DNA of 64,000 nt from the NCBI RefSeq assembly GCF_009914755.1, contig NC_060929.1. One strand, 5' to 3'. Below the pieces are notes generated by a model. The model worked only from the letters and a program-made list of their open reading frames with translations, was not told the origin of the DNA and ran no database searches. Position numbers and translations under genes: made by a program. This document shows, piece by piece, positions 41,861 through 54,905 of this stretch. The DNA is from the human T2T-CHM13v2.0 reference genome, Homo sapiens. Each line of letters begins with the position of its first letter. Position 1 is the stretch's first letter.

Positions 41861-43103
41861 CCTGGGTGGAGCTCTGATTTCATGGGCCATAGGGAAGAGG
41901 ATCCCAGCGAGTTTCTTAACTTCACATTAGTAGCAAAGGGTGTGTGACAAAGGCAGAGAACAGCTTTGTTGTTTGTCTCTGCTGCCTTCTAAGGAGGAAT
42001 AGTGCTTATCCAGCCAGCTACTAGGTGTGACCTTGTGCTATTCAGAAAAAGTGGTGGAGATGTAGACTTGAAGATGCCTAGAAAGAAAGGGTCAACTGAT
42101 TTACATGAGAAAGACAATTATTTCTGGGAGAAGACAACAGAATGTAGGCAAAAATAGAGATATCCAGGTGAAGCAGCAATAAGCAGGATTTGGGCAAGAG
42201 GTGTCCAAAGATTTTAAGAAATATTTGCTTTATGTTGCATGATATAATTTTTCTTTCAAATATAGCCTCTTATCAAAGACATTTTTCAAAGCTTTTTCAA
42301 TCAAATGCACAGAGTTCTAGATCTTTAATGTTGCAAAGAGGAAAAAGAAATGTCCATGATATATAATTTTAGTGCATTTAGGAATCCTAAAATTTGCTTC
42401 AAAGGAATAATCTAAAAAGGGAATGAATTAGACCCATATTTACGTTGCCATGGTTAAACCTCAAAAACATAATGTTGAGTGAAAAAAAGTAAGTTACAGA
42501 ATATCTAATTCTGTAGACATTCATCCAAAAGTATAATTCATCCAAAAGTCAAAAACATGACTGTCATACAAATATGAAGTGAACATGTATCAAATATTTT
42601 GTTTAACATATCAATGAGGGCAGCAGTAACATATTAAAACAGGTTCAAAGAGATTTTTTTAAAATCAGACATATATGAATAGATATACATAAATAGTCAG
42701 GAATTATGAAACAAATTTGCTCATAGATGCAAAATTAGTATCTTATAGGACAGTGATAGTAAATATTTGAGGTCATCTTTCCTTGGGGTGGACATTAATT
42801 GTATCTTCACCAGATAAAATTCATTTACATTATTATGGATGGGAATCATTTGCATTACTCCCAGTTTTCTACTTAACTTCAGCTTCTACAGAGTTTTTAA
42901 ATCACCTAGTCAATAGAAAAACAATGTGTATACCTTTACAGAATCAAATAATTCCCAGGGATCGTCTGCTATACAAAGCCCAACAAGCCACTAAAAGGTA
43001 ACTGTTAATTTCTTTTGTACAATTTCAAGTCTCTGTTTTTCCTGTTATGTGATACTACTAGTGAAAAGTGGAAGCACACACATATAGTGTGGTTATACAT
43101 ATA

Positions 43104-43105
43104 GC

Positions 43106-43138
<33 letters not shown>

Positions 43139-43243
43139 CACACACATATATATATATACGTATATATATATACACGTATATATATATATATATATACGTG
43201 TATATATATATATATATACGTGTATATATATATATATATACAC
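43104..43243. repeat. Long interrupted (TA)n alternating purine-pyrimidine tract
   Basis: Seen directly: TA runs interrupted by TG, CA and CG steps. Confidence 0.95.
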
Positions 43244-46200
43244 TACCATACCAAGAATGAATGGGCAAGCTGCAAGCCCCAGTTCTTTCAGTAGTTGCCT
43301 TTTGGGGACTGGAATATGTTATTGGCTTGGACTTCAGAGAGTACATTTTGTTCTCTTTCTAGTTTCTATATCTTTTTTAAAGATTGGAAACAAATAGCAC
43401 AAATGATACAGTTGCTTGTTCCAGTGTGGTAGGATTTGTTGGATTATTTTTCTATTAAAATTTTTGAGACCAAAAAAAGTAAGTTTATGAATATTTATCT
43501 CATCTGTTTCAATCCCTTCATTGTGAAGAAATGGAGACAGAAAGCTGCTTAGTTCATAACATTTATGCAGCATTACCACATTAGCTAGACAATTTCTGCC
43601 TCCTGGTCATGCCCTATTTCTTCCACTTCAGCCTTCTTCTTTAAGAAATATTCAAATGTTCATCTTCTCTAAAGGTGTGAGGAAATAGTTAGCAGATGTT
43701 CATGGACAGTAAAGCTTTGGTCTATGATGGGTCTCCTGTGCAAATTTATCAAATTTTCATTAGGACGATGTAATAATTCTAGCTTTCCAGAATTACCGGG
43801 GCCCCTCTTACTCAATTCACTATATTATTACTGCCCCTCAATGGTGGTTAGTCTTATTTTTTACTGAATGTTGACCTTTCAAGTCAGCTGTCAATGTAAA
43901 AATCACTGCCTGTCGGGGTTTCCTCTCTTCATTTTTCTTGCCATGGTCAGAAATGATCAGAATTTATGTCTCAAAGTGAATGTAATTTAAAATTAAGTTG
44001 GATTTCAGCTACTCAGAGTAATTGGAAAAGGCCACAGCCTGGTGGGCTTCACAGCTTTCAGAGACCTGGTAGGGGATGGCTAACAGGTTCTTCTGCCAGG
44101 AGACAAGTGGCAGACCCAGGTGTGAAACTTTTACAGGTCCCACCAAGCCTTTCTTATGGAGCACAGAGCATAAGGACAACTTCTGCAGAAATGGAATGGG
44201 GTACTTGGAACCAAAAATACATACACCTCCTTTCCCACCTGCCTCCAGCTTAGTAGCCCATAGTCCTCTTTGTCCCTCACACTGAGCCAGGCCTGACTTA
44301 GATGATGAAATGCATGGCCTGTCTCTTCACCTTCTTAGCAAATGGGAGGTGCTGTTGGCAGTAATTAAGAAATTGAGAAGCTCCTTGTGAAACTGTTTTC
44401 GCGATGGTAATAGTGAACTCAGGGAGCAGGTGTGGTGCCTCTTTCAGTCCTCATTTCACCTGCCTGAGCAAAAACCATGCAGACAAAACACTTCCTGGTG
44501 GTGACCTCATGTCACTCCAAAGCATCTCCACCCAAGCACCTGTTCAGCTGTGACATTCTTACACGCAGTGTTCTGTCCATGCCTGCTCACCTCCTGCCCC
44601 TCAGGGGCAGCCAGTCCTCCCTCAAGGTCCTATCATCAGAACATCTTTTCCCCTTCCCATTCTTCTCGGATTCTGTAGTCAGCAAGGTGCATTTCTTGTG
44701 CTCTGTGTCTAAGTTATCTTTCTGTGTCTCATAGTTGCCCCTAGGAGGAGCTTCCCAAGGAGGTACCAGATAAATGAAGTAAAAATAAATGCTTGTGATC
44801 ATCAGCTCCTGTCCTAATCCATTGTTTATGCCATTGTCTCAAGTTGTTATATGACTGTCTTCTCAGCCTAAATTCTGAATTTGCAAGTAGTGACTCTGTG
44901 CCATTGTGTTAATAGAACAATAGTTGTCACTTTCCAAATTCAGAGAACAAACTGTGCAACTCACCCACAGGAAAGTAAGTTTTTCCATGTGCTGCTTCAA
45001 CTGGAGAACTGATAGAGGGTACTTTGTGGGAAGTGGTTAGTCTCATGTTGGGCTTTCACGTCGGAGCATGGGCATGGTGAATGGCTTCTAGCTGTTGAAG
45101 AATGAAGTCAAAAGAATGTATTTGGGGATGGAATAGCTGCAATTTGAGTTCATAACTTTTCTTTAGTTTCATTTTTGCGGTCATGTCCCTGTATCCCTGA
45201 GGATGAAAACTGGAGATAACTCTTTACAAGCTCAAATGCTTAGATAAGGGTGAGTTATAAAAAAGATATTTCTGCTACAGGAGAAGTAGTATTCATGTTT
45301 AATCTGGTCGGACATCACCTGTTTTTCCCTTGGGTGACTTTGCTTGAAAAAAAAAAAAGCAAGGCAGAATTGACTTAGTTGTGCTGGTGAAAAGGAAGGA
45401 GCCTTTAATTTGCCTGAGTGGAGATGTTTCCACTGTTTTATCATTTAATGGGTTAAATGAGTAGGTGTGGCCATGAACACCTGGAGAGACTGCCTGACGT
45501 GCAGGTGCCATAAACTTCTGCTTTCATGGGCAGGAAAGTGTGTGATACCTGGAGGACAGAGGTCAGCTCAGCATTTTGCACCAATGTTATTATTAATGTG
45601 GGCATTGCCAGGTGCTGTGGCAACCTGGGTGACAGATGCAGTTCTAACCCACTTGAAGTTTTCTTACTGTTGGAGTTAAGTGCAGATTTTAATTCATTTA
45701 TTGGGAATCAGGTACTTAGAGTAATAAGATTAGGTGACTGTCAGATATCCCAGAAGCAGGTAATACTGAGATTGGATGACTCTTCCTTCCTGTACCCTGG
45801 AAAGGTTTTCTACAGAATATCTCAGTAGGGTCCTAGGATTTTAAAAGTATTTAGATATATATATCAAGATATAGGTATTTGGGAATGAAATGCTGTGTAA
45901 AGTGTCCCTCTACCCTTGAAAATTTTAGCAACAAATTCATTCATAAGGCGAAGACCCCATTTCATAAGTATACAGATTTATTTCATGTACATATGGAAAT
46001 ATATCAGCCTATATTATATAAACACTGGCTTTGCTACTTTGGGATCATTTGATGTTTAAAAGTTTTCTATTTCATTGTTGAGAGAGATCCCAGAAAGTTC
46101 CAAGTCTGTTGTAATTTTAATATCATCTCTAGCTTCATGTTGAAAGGAAAAAAGATTAGAGGAGACACTTTCAGTGATGAATTATGCTTTGATTATTCAT

Positions 46201-48565
46201 GGCATTTGTCAATAAGATATACCTTCGATAATTTGTTTTGTGTAACATACTACCCATACCTTAAATATGGTAAACTGTTCAAATTCTGAGGTAATTTGTT
46301 TTTAACTTCTCTTCTTTTAACTTGCTCATGTATTCATAGATGAAATAGCCTGTTTTCTTTCACTCTACATTGCATTCATAATGAATCATCTATTTATAAA
46401 GATTAGAAATCTGTATAGAGGAGTAGATGCACCCAGGATGACTGTAATGTAAATCTGTTTGTATATTGACCAAACAAGTATATTTTATTTGGGGGTTTTA
46501 TTTAGACATTTCTTTTTGATATTTTTTTTGAATCACATTTTTGAAATCACTTTTCTACCCCTTTTTGATAGATTTTAAATAACTAATGCAATTGTGAGGG
46601 TTTGTTGTTCATGTTTTCATTTTTTAAAAAATCTAAATTGTTCATTGTTTTGCCTATTGTGGTAGTGTATGTACCTTAGTATGTATGGTAGTGTACGTTT
46701 CTTAGAAATTTTTTAAGTTTTTCTTAAATAACATTTTCTAAATTTAGTTTTAAGTATATCAGCATATTTCACTGATATATCTAGTTAAGATATTCATTAG
46801 ATTATTTGCATTGACAGACATTTCTTATGAATTTTATTTATGCATATAAACAATAAATATGTTGAAAAGATCTTTATGCATGATGTAGATCAAATGCTAA
46901 ACACGAAAAAATGTAGCCATTTTTATAATAACCTGAATTTCAGTTAATTTGCTGAAAGAAGTTTGCTGACATTTCCAGGACATAAATCTGTCATTTATAA
47001 TTTCTTCTATTAACATCAGCAAGTTAATATATTTAATATTTCTGTATTGGAATGAAAGAAGACATTAATTTGAATTAACACTGAATACATTATACAGTAT
47101 CTTTTAAAACCAATCAGACTGTCTGATTTAATGATTGTGAATTTAATAGGTTGAATACATACATTTCTTGATAGATGAGTTGATAATATCCAACCCACCT
47201 TCATAATTAAATATCAAAAGTCTATTCTTATTAACAACTGCTTTAAGGCTGAGTAAACATGAGCTTAATTAAACTCACAGATAATACTAGGGGATGCTGA
47301 TTGCTGCACTAAGGAAAATAAAGTGATGCAGCCTGACCTTAAGAAATTATAAATATGGGACTGTTGACAAATGATAATAAGCAGCAAACATCTAAGAGAA
47401 GATAACTCCCAAGTCTGTATTGCTGAAAGAAATTGGGTTTGGTTTTGAAATGTATTATTTGAATATTTAGAAATGTTATCTCACTGTACCTAAATTAGAA
47501 GTCCAGTGAAAATTCCTGTTTCAGGAATCTGGTATAACAGAGTTCTGTCCTGCACTAAGAAGGCATTGCAATAAACTCCTAATGGTGGTTGAGGGCAGCA
47601 CAGTGTAGGAGGATAGAAGCACAGAGCCCTGAGCCTTGTTATAGGTGAATTAAATGAGGTAACTTGCTGGGTTTTACCACCCTCCTCTGACTACTGTATT
47701 GCTAATAGAGAATGAAGTGCCAGTCTATTTTGAAGAAAAGCAAATGAAAATAAGATAATATCCACTTCACCCATCCGCCAGTTTTGTATTTGTCTTATTC
47801 TTTAAGGCTTTTGAAAGTTACTTTGAAATCAAATTAGCCATTTTATAACTTCCTTCTAGCAGAAACAGGAACAAATTGTTGCCCTGTGCCCATGTGTAGT
47901 AATTTATTTCTATGCTCTGGGTACTCAGGATAAAACCAGTAGCTAGCATGCTTGTGAAAGAGGACCATCACTATTATTTTAATACACTGGGATCTGATTT
48001 TATGATTCCAGAACATTTACCTTAATAAAGAATTGAATGCCATATACAAGATGAAAAATGAATGAGTGGTGAGACACATTTATCTTAGGCATCAGCTATT
48101 CTATTGACAAAAGGCACAAATAAGAAATTTGTCTAAATAATTAGATTTTTAATTAGTGCGTCATTATAAGATTAATGTCACTGCACTTCATTGCATGTAA
48201 TTTTGTATTAGAAATTTTGTGTCAACAAAGATGCTACCTGTGGTTTGCTGATTTGAATCCTTAATTTATCACTTGTTTGTATGGCATGTTACATATTTGC
48301 ACTCAAGCGCTGGAAGAAGGCATTTGATTATTGCTCCACTGGTGGTGAGGAATATTGATGGTGTTGTGCTATATGAATACATTATATTTTCTAATATTCA
48401 AGAGGTAGCCACCCCTCAAATATTAGTGAATGCATAATTGTAATAATTTTAACAATAACATGAGCAGATAGGTTGCTCAACCTGGTCCATGTCTACCGGG
48501 AACATGGTTGAACATTATTGATGCTATATTCTTTTTAAACTTTGTTTTTTCTTTCTTTTTGATAG

Positions 48566-48654
48566 TTGCCGAACAAGCAACCGGAAAAGCTTAATAGGCA
48601 ATGGGCAGTCACCAGCATTGCCTCGACCACACTCACCTCTCTCTGCTCATGCAG
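48566..48654 (+). CDS. MAST4: Internal coding exon of microtubule-associated Ser/Thr kinase family member 4 (89 nt, phase 2 to phase 1): [29 protein letters not shown]
   Basis: Canonical acceptor (polypyrimidine + tag at 48563-48565) and donor (CAG|gtaatt). The translation matches the conserved MAST motif [11 protein letters not shown]...[11 protein letters not shown]; the GNGQSPA variant is the MAST4 form. Too short to appear in the ORF track. Confidence 0.95.
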
Positions 48655-49889
48655 GTAATTGGTTACCATTTCTTGAGTTTTGTTTTATTTCTTTATTTGT
48701 TGGTTTTTTAAAATAATTAATGCATTTTGATATTTGGTATGTCTTCACATGTTATCTTTGTTTTCCTGCTGTTTTATCCCTAAGTTGTTCTTTGCGATAT
48801 GTTAGCCCAGATCTTATCCTCTCTGTTTCAGTGTTTGGACTCTAAAATACAGAATTCCTTTTTATATGGGGTCTCTTTTTAATTATTTCTTTCTCCATTT
48901 CTAAATGCCTGGATGATACAAGACATGGTTTCCATGTTAGGAATATCCTTGGGAAATGTAAACATGATAACTCATATGAAAAGTACTAATGTTAAGAACT
49001 GTTCAGCATATTTCTCCCTAAAATTGAACTTGTCTAATATATTGTGATGGTCATTTTAGGGACAGTGAAGATTTAAGAGAGAGCCTTTGGCCTCAAGTAC
49101 TTTATAGAATTATAAGGAAGGTTAGAACAGTACTGTAAAAACTAGACAATGAAAACTGCTTTATATGCTGGTTTTTTTTTTTTTCTTCAAAGTTCTATCC
49201 ATGGTGATGCAAAGAAGAGAAGGGTTAATTCCAATAAAGAAAGTCTGGAAGAGTTTAAAGGAGCCATTTGCCCAAGATGTTGAAAGATGAGCAAGAATTT
49301 GTTGGCTGGTAGAGATGGAGTGAGAGAAAGGGAATTCTCAGTGTATGGCTAGAGTGTGGGGATGTGTGTACTTCATTAAGAGAACATAAGGATGGAAAGG
49401 CAGAGGAAGGTCAGGAAGTGGGAGGAAGTTTGACTTTGAAGCCCTTTCAAGGGTTTTGAGGAGGATCTGTGTTATAGGAAGGTATCTTCAGGATTGTGAA
49501 GGATGAAGGTTAGAAGAATGAGCTCTTAGCCCTACTTCACTGTACTCTTGTGAAAACTCTAATTTGATACTCATGTGTTCTCAGATGATCTTGACCTTAA
49601 ATGCAGGGCTACCACTCTCACCCAGAAAGCAGTTCTTAAGCTCAGGGAGCCTTTCAAGTTGAGATTGGGAGTTGTCTGTTATATTACTGGGGAGAAGAAG
49701 GGAGAGAAAAGTAGTTGCTCCTTTGGAGTGAAATTTTATTTTCTCTGTAGAAATAATTAAAGGAATTAAAGGTGGTAAAGTAAAAAGGTAAAAGATAGAT
49801 AAAATTATGACACTGTAAAATGACCACTAACATCTAGAAAGGCCTTTCCCAGGTAAAACCTTAGAGTTGGAGAAGCTCTTACACAGATG

Positions 49890-50420
49890 AAGACAAGTTC
49901 TAGACCACTCATAGCAGCAGCATCTGTAATAGCTAAACATTTGAAGTAACCTAACGATCTATCACTTGGAAAATGGATAAATGAATTGTGGCATAGTTAT
50001 ATCCAAAACACACTGTGCACATAGAAAAGAAGTGAACACTACTCAGATTTGCGTGGATGAAACTCAAATATATTGTTGGACAACAAAAGCGAGTCACAAA
50101 AGAATATTATGTAAGCCTTTCATATAAAGTTAACATGCTACATACAATATTTTGTTTAGGGATATATATATATATATATATGTACATGATATATATTATA
50201 TATCCTATAATATGATTATATTCTGTATATTCACTGTATTATATTTTATGTATTTTTATAATATAAGAGCCTAAAGCAAAACATGGTAATGTTAAAGATT
50301 GATTTCATGATAGTAGTTACCTCTGAGAGGGCATGAGAGGGATATAATTAGGGAGCGGGTGTAAGCAGTGGTAACATTGTATTTCCAAGGCTACGTAATG
50401 AGGATACATTACTTCTATTA
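49890..50420 (+). mobile_element. L1ME-type 3' fragment with embedded (TA)n at ~50162-50200
   Basis: tcatagcagcagcatctgtaatagctaaa...aaatggataaatgaattgtggcata...tagtagttacctctgagaggg. Confidence 0.7.
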
Positions 50421-50861
50421 CTACCATTTCTGTTTGTGAGATTGATATTACACCCTGTCATTAAAATCCTACAGAGGGTCAAACAGTGCCAGATACCTTA
50501 CTTGGGACATTACTCTAGCACTCAGCACAGTGCGCAGCAGTGTATGCTAGATGCTAAGTGAATGATGATTCTGTTTTTTAGTATATAATTCTGCGATTTA
50601 AAGATTTTAATCTCGCTCCTCTTTATAGTATTTATAGCAATTTCACCATCATTTATGTGCCTGTTGATTCATCTTTTATAGCTGTGATTTTCTTCACTTC
50701 TAATATTGAGACGACAGAACGTGGTGAAGACTTTAATGATCCTTTTAATTATTTTTATTTGCTTTCATAGACTTAGCTTAAGTTCTTTCTCCTTCAACAT
50801 TAATATAGAATTTAATCAGAGGAATGGGCAGAGGGAAGCCTGTCATTCAGGTTCTAAGAGT

Positions 50862-51170
50862 GTTTTGTTTTTGTTTTTGAGACAAAACCTACCTCTGTTG
50901 CCCAGGCTGGAGTGCAGAGGCACGATCTCAGCTAACTGTAACTTCTGCCTCCTGGGTTCAAGAGATTCTCATGCCTCAGCCTCCTGGGTAGCTGGCATTA
51001 TAGGCCATGCCACCATGCCCAGCTAATTTTTTTTTTTTGTATTTTTAGTAGAGAGAAGGTTTCGCCCTGTTGGCCAGGCTGGTCTCAAACTCCTGTGCTC
51101 AAGCAGTCCTCCTGCCTCAGCCACCCAAAGTGCTGGGATCATAGGCACGAGCCACCGCACCGCACCCAGC
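50862..51170 (-). mobile_element. Alu (Jb or old S), full length
   Basis: (TTTTG)n tail, dimer body, ends gccaccgcaccgcacccagc. Confidence 0.93.
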
Positions 51171-51839
51171 ATTGTTTTTCTTTATGTTATGGAGCCAACA
51201 TGTTGTTGTTCTCTCAGAGGCAGTGGAAGCCTGTCAGACTTTCTGTGAGAAGTGGCATTTATTACTGTCTGGTAGATTCCTATTTCTGTATAAAAAGAAG
51301 AAAAACATGTGAATACGATACAGGACCAGGCCCCACATCCTGATAACATGCAGTGCCTCTTCACCAGCCATGCCTTTTGCCTCACCCTTTCTGTTGCTAT
51401 GTTCTCTATCCTGCGTTGGACAAAGAGTGTCAGGCGAGGTTTTCTAGGCATCTCCATCAAAATGAGAAGGAAAAACCTCCATCTCTCAGCACTTATTAAC
51501 CTAAAAGATAAAGTTGCACTTTCTACTTTTCTTAGGTGGGGATTACATGAGCCCCACCAGTCATCACGGACACATCGTTTGTACCTATCAGATGTATCAG
51601 TAGAGATGGGGACATTAATTTGTGTAGGGGTGTCAGCAGTGCTCTGGGGAGAAAGAGCTATTGGCATACACAGTGGTCTGGAGCATGTCTTCACAAAATA
51701 GTGTTTGTGGGGAGCCAGAGATTCCTAAAAGAACAGTGAATAGCACAGTCTCATTAAAAAAAAAAAAAGAAGGAAAGAAAAGAAAAGAAAAGAAGGCATA
51801 GAAAATCACAGGCTCTTATGTCCAGGAAGATTCTAAGCA

Positions 51840-52950
51840 TGAAAAATAATCCAGAAGTCTCAAAGGGAAAAGACTAGTGTACCTCTCTTACAATGAAAAT
51901 TTCTGTATCAAAAACAAACTCAAAAGAAATCAAAGTATGAAAAATGTTTGTGCCCATGACTGATTGCCAGTTTACATGAAGAAATTGTGTAAATTGATAT
52001 GAAATGGTGAATGCACCAATAGAAAAATGGGCAAAAGGTGCAAATAGCATGACATAAGGAAAAAATAGCCAACAAAACATGAAATGATATGTCATTGCAA
52101 TTATAAAAAAAAAAAAAAGTGGCCAGGCACAGTGGTCACACTTGTGATTGCAGCACTGTGGGAGACTGAGGCAGGAGGATTGCTTGAGCCCAGGAGTTTG
52201 AGCCTAGATGACATAGTGAGACCTCATCTCTACAAAATTTCTAAAAATTACCCAGGCATGGTGGCACATGCCTGTGGTCCCAGCTACTCAGGAGGCTGAG
52301 GTGAGAGGATCGCCTGAGCTGGGGAGATCTAGTCTGCAGTGAGCTATAATGGTGCCACTGAACTCCACCATGGGTGGAGGAGATAGTATCATTCACCTAG
52401 CATGGGGTCAAAAACCTTTTTTAATTGATAAAATTCAGTGATAGCAAAGATATGGGAAAGCGGTCCCTTTCCCATGATCTAAGGGTTGATGTGAATTAGT
52501 GTAACCATTTTGGTTAGTGGTTTTCAGTATTGGTGAATATTTCAAATGTGTTTACCCTTTTGCCCGGCAAATTAACCTAAAGGAATTTATCTTACTGATA
52601 TTCTCATAAAATAACAGAAAATTATAAGTATAGCATGGCTTTTGTACCTAGCAAATGGAAAGGTACCAGTTTTTTATTTAAATTTTTCTTCAGTAATGGA
52701 CTAGTTAAGTAAATAATGATTCAGGGGTGTAACCCAGCACTACATAGTTGTTACAAAGAACAAGGTGGGCTTTCATGTGCTGGTATTGGAAGGATACACA
52801 AGATACATTGTTAGGTGAAAACATTGCATGTTGTCATTTCATGTGCATCTGTGTTTTAGAGTGTGTATACACAGATGAAAGCACACTTGTATATTCATGC
52901 ATAGTCATAGAAATTTGTGGAAAAGGAAAGGAGAAACTGTTAATTGTTTA
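51840..52950 (+). mobile_element. L1ME-type fragment interrupted by an Alu
   Basis: caccaatagaaaaatgggcaaaag...gtgtaaccattttgg...aaggaatttatcttactga. Confidence 0.6.
52121..52376 (+). mobile_element. AluJ-type element lacking its 3' end and tail
   Basis: ggccaggcacagtgg...ggaggattgcttgagcccagg...ccactgaactccaccatgggtg, then non-Alu sequence. Confidence 0.9.
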
Positions 52951-53042
52951 GCGAATAAGAAAGTAGGGAAATTAGCACATAGTGCCTTTCTAATAAAAAG
53001 AAGGCTGTAAAAATAAAACCCATAAGAAAACAACATAATATC

Positions 53043-53629
53043 TGCAGTAGTTTTCTATTGCTGTAGTAACAAATTACTCATAATTTACTGGTTTAAACAA
53101 CATGCATTTATTAATCTTACAGTTCTTCAGGGCAGAAGTCTGGGCAGGCTCGCCTGGGTTCTCTGCTCAGGGTATTATGAGGCCAAAATCAAGGTGTTGG
53201 TTGAGCTGGGCTCTTACCTGGAGGCTGGGAAAGAACTCACTTCCAAGCCCATGCAGTTGTGGACAGATTTAGGTCATTGCCTTTGTAGGACTGAGTTCCC
53301 CGCTTCACTCTGGCTATCAGCAAGGAGCTGCTTTTCAGCTCCTAGAGGCTGGCTGCCCTCTGCGATCTTGTAGCCAGCAGGGGCACATCCGGTCATTCTC
53401 GCACTTCAAATCTGACTGCTCCTCCTTCCATCAACCAGAGAAAACTCTTGCTTTTAAAAGGCTCACTTGGTTGAGTGAGGCCCCACTCAGATAATCTCTA
53501 TACTTGAAGGTCAACTGACTTGGGACAATTACAGCTAAAAAAATCTCTTCATAGTAGTATTCATTTTTGATTGAATAACTAGGGGACTGGAATTTTGAGG
53601 AGACCATGGTTAGAATTCTGCCTACCACA
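53043..53629 (-). mobile_element. MLT1E-like ERVL-MaLR solo LTR
   Basis: tagttttctattgctgtagtaacaaattactca...gggttctctgctcaggg...ttagaattctgcctaccaca (reverse TGTGGTAGGCAGAATTCTAA). Confidence 0.85.
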
Positions 53630-54637
53630 GTAACACTTCGTATTGTATTTTGATTTAAATGAGTAAAAGTAGGAGCTCTAAGAGTGATACTTAAGAGGAT
53701 GAGCCACAGAGGAAAAGGAGATAAAAACTGAGACACAGTGACTCCAGGCTTTTAAAGTGCTTAGGTAGCAAATGTAGCCCTGTTGGCCAAAATACCTATT
53801 TTCTGTGTCTTCAAAAGTTGTTTTACTATGAATTTGCAGGTGGCTACTTTGATGTATTTTTAAAAGGGTTTCTGTAAGGAAGGATGGAAAGGAGTTTCAC
53901 TTTTCTGTTGGGCAATTTTAGGAGTTATTAAAGATAGGAAATATCCCTAAATCTCTGTCTATGTGTATATATAGATTTAGGTTACAAAGAGACTTCATTT
54001 CTTAAGGGTTAGTCACCACTGTATTTATGCAGCTGTGTTCTGCTTGTTTCGGGTAGGCACATGGGGTTTGGGCAACAAAACAAAACATCCCGAATCCCAC
54101 TCTTCAAAATGAATCACGTGAACATTTTCATGCACATCCCTTCATTATCTCCTCTGCCTCCCACCCCACAACCACCCATGGGGCTTTGACTTAACAAATA
54201 AAACTCAGCTTGTAACTTAGAGGGTTTCCAAGGAGAAACTATATGACATCATGTACATTTTTTAAACAGAATATCTTCATTATTTCAGACAACTCTTAAG
54301 GACCTTTCTCCTTTTGATTTCTTTTAGAGTCTCTTTTTGAGCCATACATGAGAATTGTTTGCAACTTGCTCACCTTGCGCTTCAGCTATATCAGTTCCAC
54401 TCCCCTCAATCTTGCAACTCGTTCATTAGATGAGATACTAAATTGGACGGTGGTAAAGGCAATGGTTTTATAAACAGGCATGTTAATGCAAATAATTGAA
54501 AGTTAATAGTCTGGCAATAAGGTGGAGATAGGGAAAAATAAACAAGGCAGACTAATGAATTCAGAGAAGACAGTCTGGGGTAGAACAGGGTAAGCAGATA
54601 TTCCAGTGTGCCAGAGATACTCCTGGGAGTATCACAA

Positions 54638-54905
54638 TTTTTTTTTTTTTTTTTTTTTTTTGAGACAGTCTTGCTCTGTCGCCCAGGCTGGAGTGCAGTG
54701 GAGCGATCTCCGCTCACTCTAAGCTCCGCCTCACAGGTTCACACCATTCTCCTGCCTCAGCCTCCTGAGTAACTGGGACTACAGGCGCCTGCCACCACGC
54801 CTGGCTAATTTTTTGTATTTTTAGTAGAGACGGGGTTTTATCATGTTACCCAGGATGGTCTCGATCTCCTGACCTCGTGATCCACCTGCCTCGGCCTCCC
54901 AAAGT
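54638..54905 (-). mobile_element. AluY-like, 5'-truncated, TSD GGGAGTATCAC(A/T)ATT
   Basis: Long T tail; AluY-type diagnostics aagctccgcc, ccattctcc, ggatggtctcgatctcctgacctcgtga; TSD at 54625-54639 and 54907-54921. Confidence 0.93.

Noticed and set aside
43005-43397. YI-repeat ORFs on both strands (also 18307-18665)
   Set aside because: Artefacts of stop-free (TA)n/(CA)n microsatellites.
44300-44385. Possible C/D-box snoRNA (GATGATGA C-box-like)
   Set aside because: No correctly placed CTGA D box or terminal stem seen.
48332-48348. Possible CTCF site (reverse CCACCAGTGGAGCA)
   Set aside because: Spacing is one base short of the core consensus.
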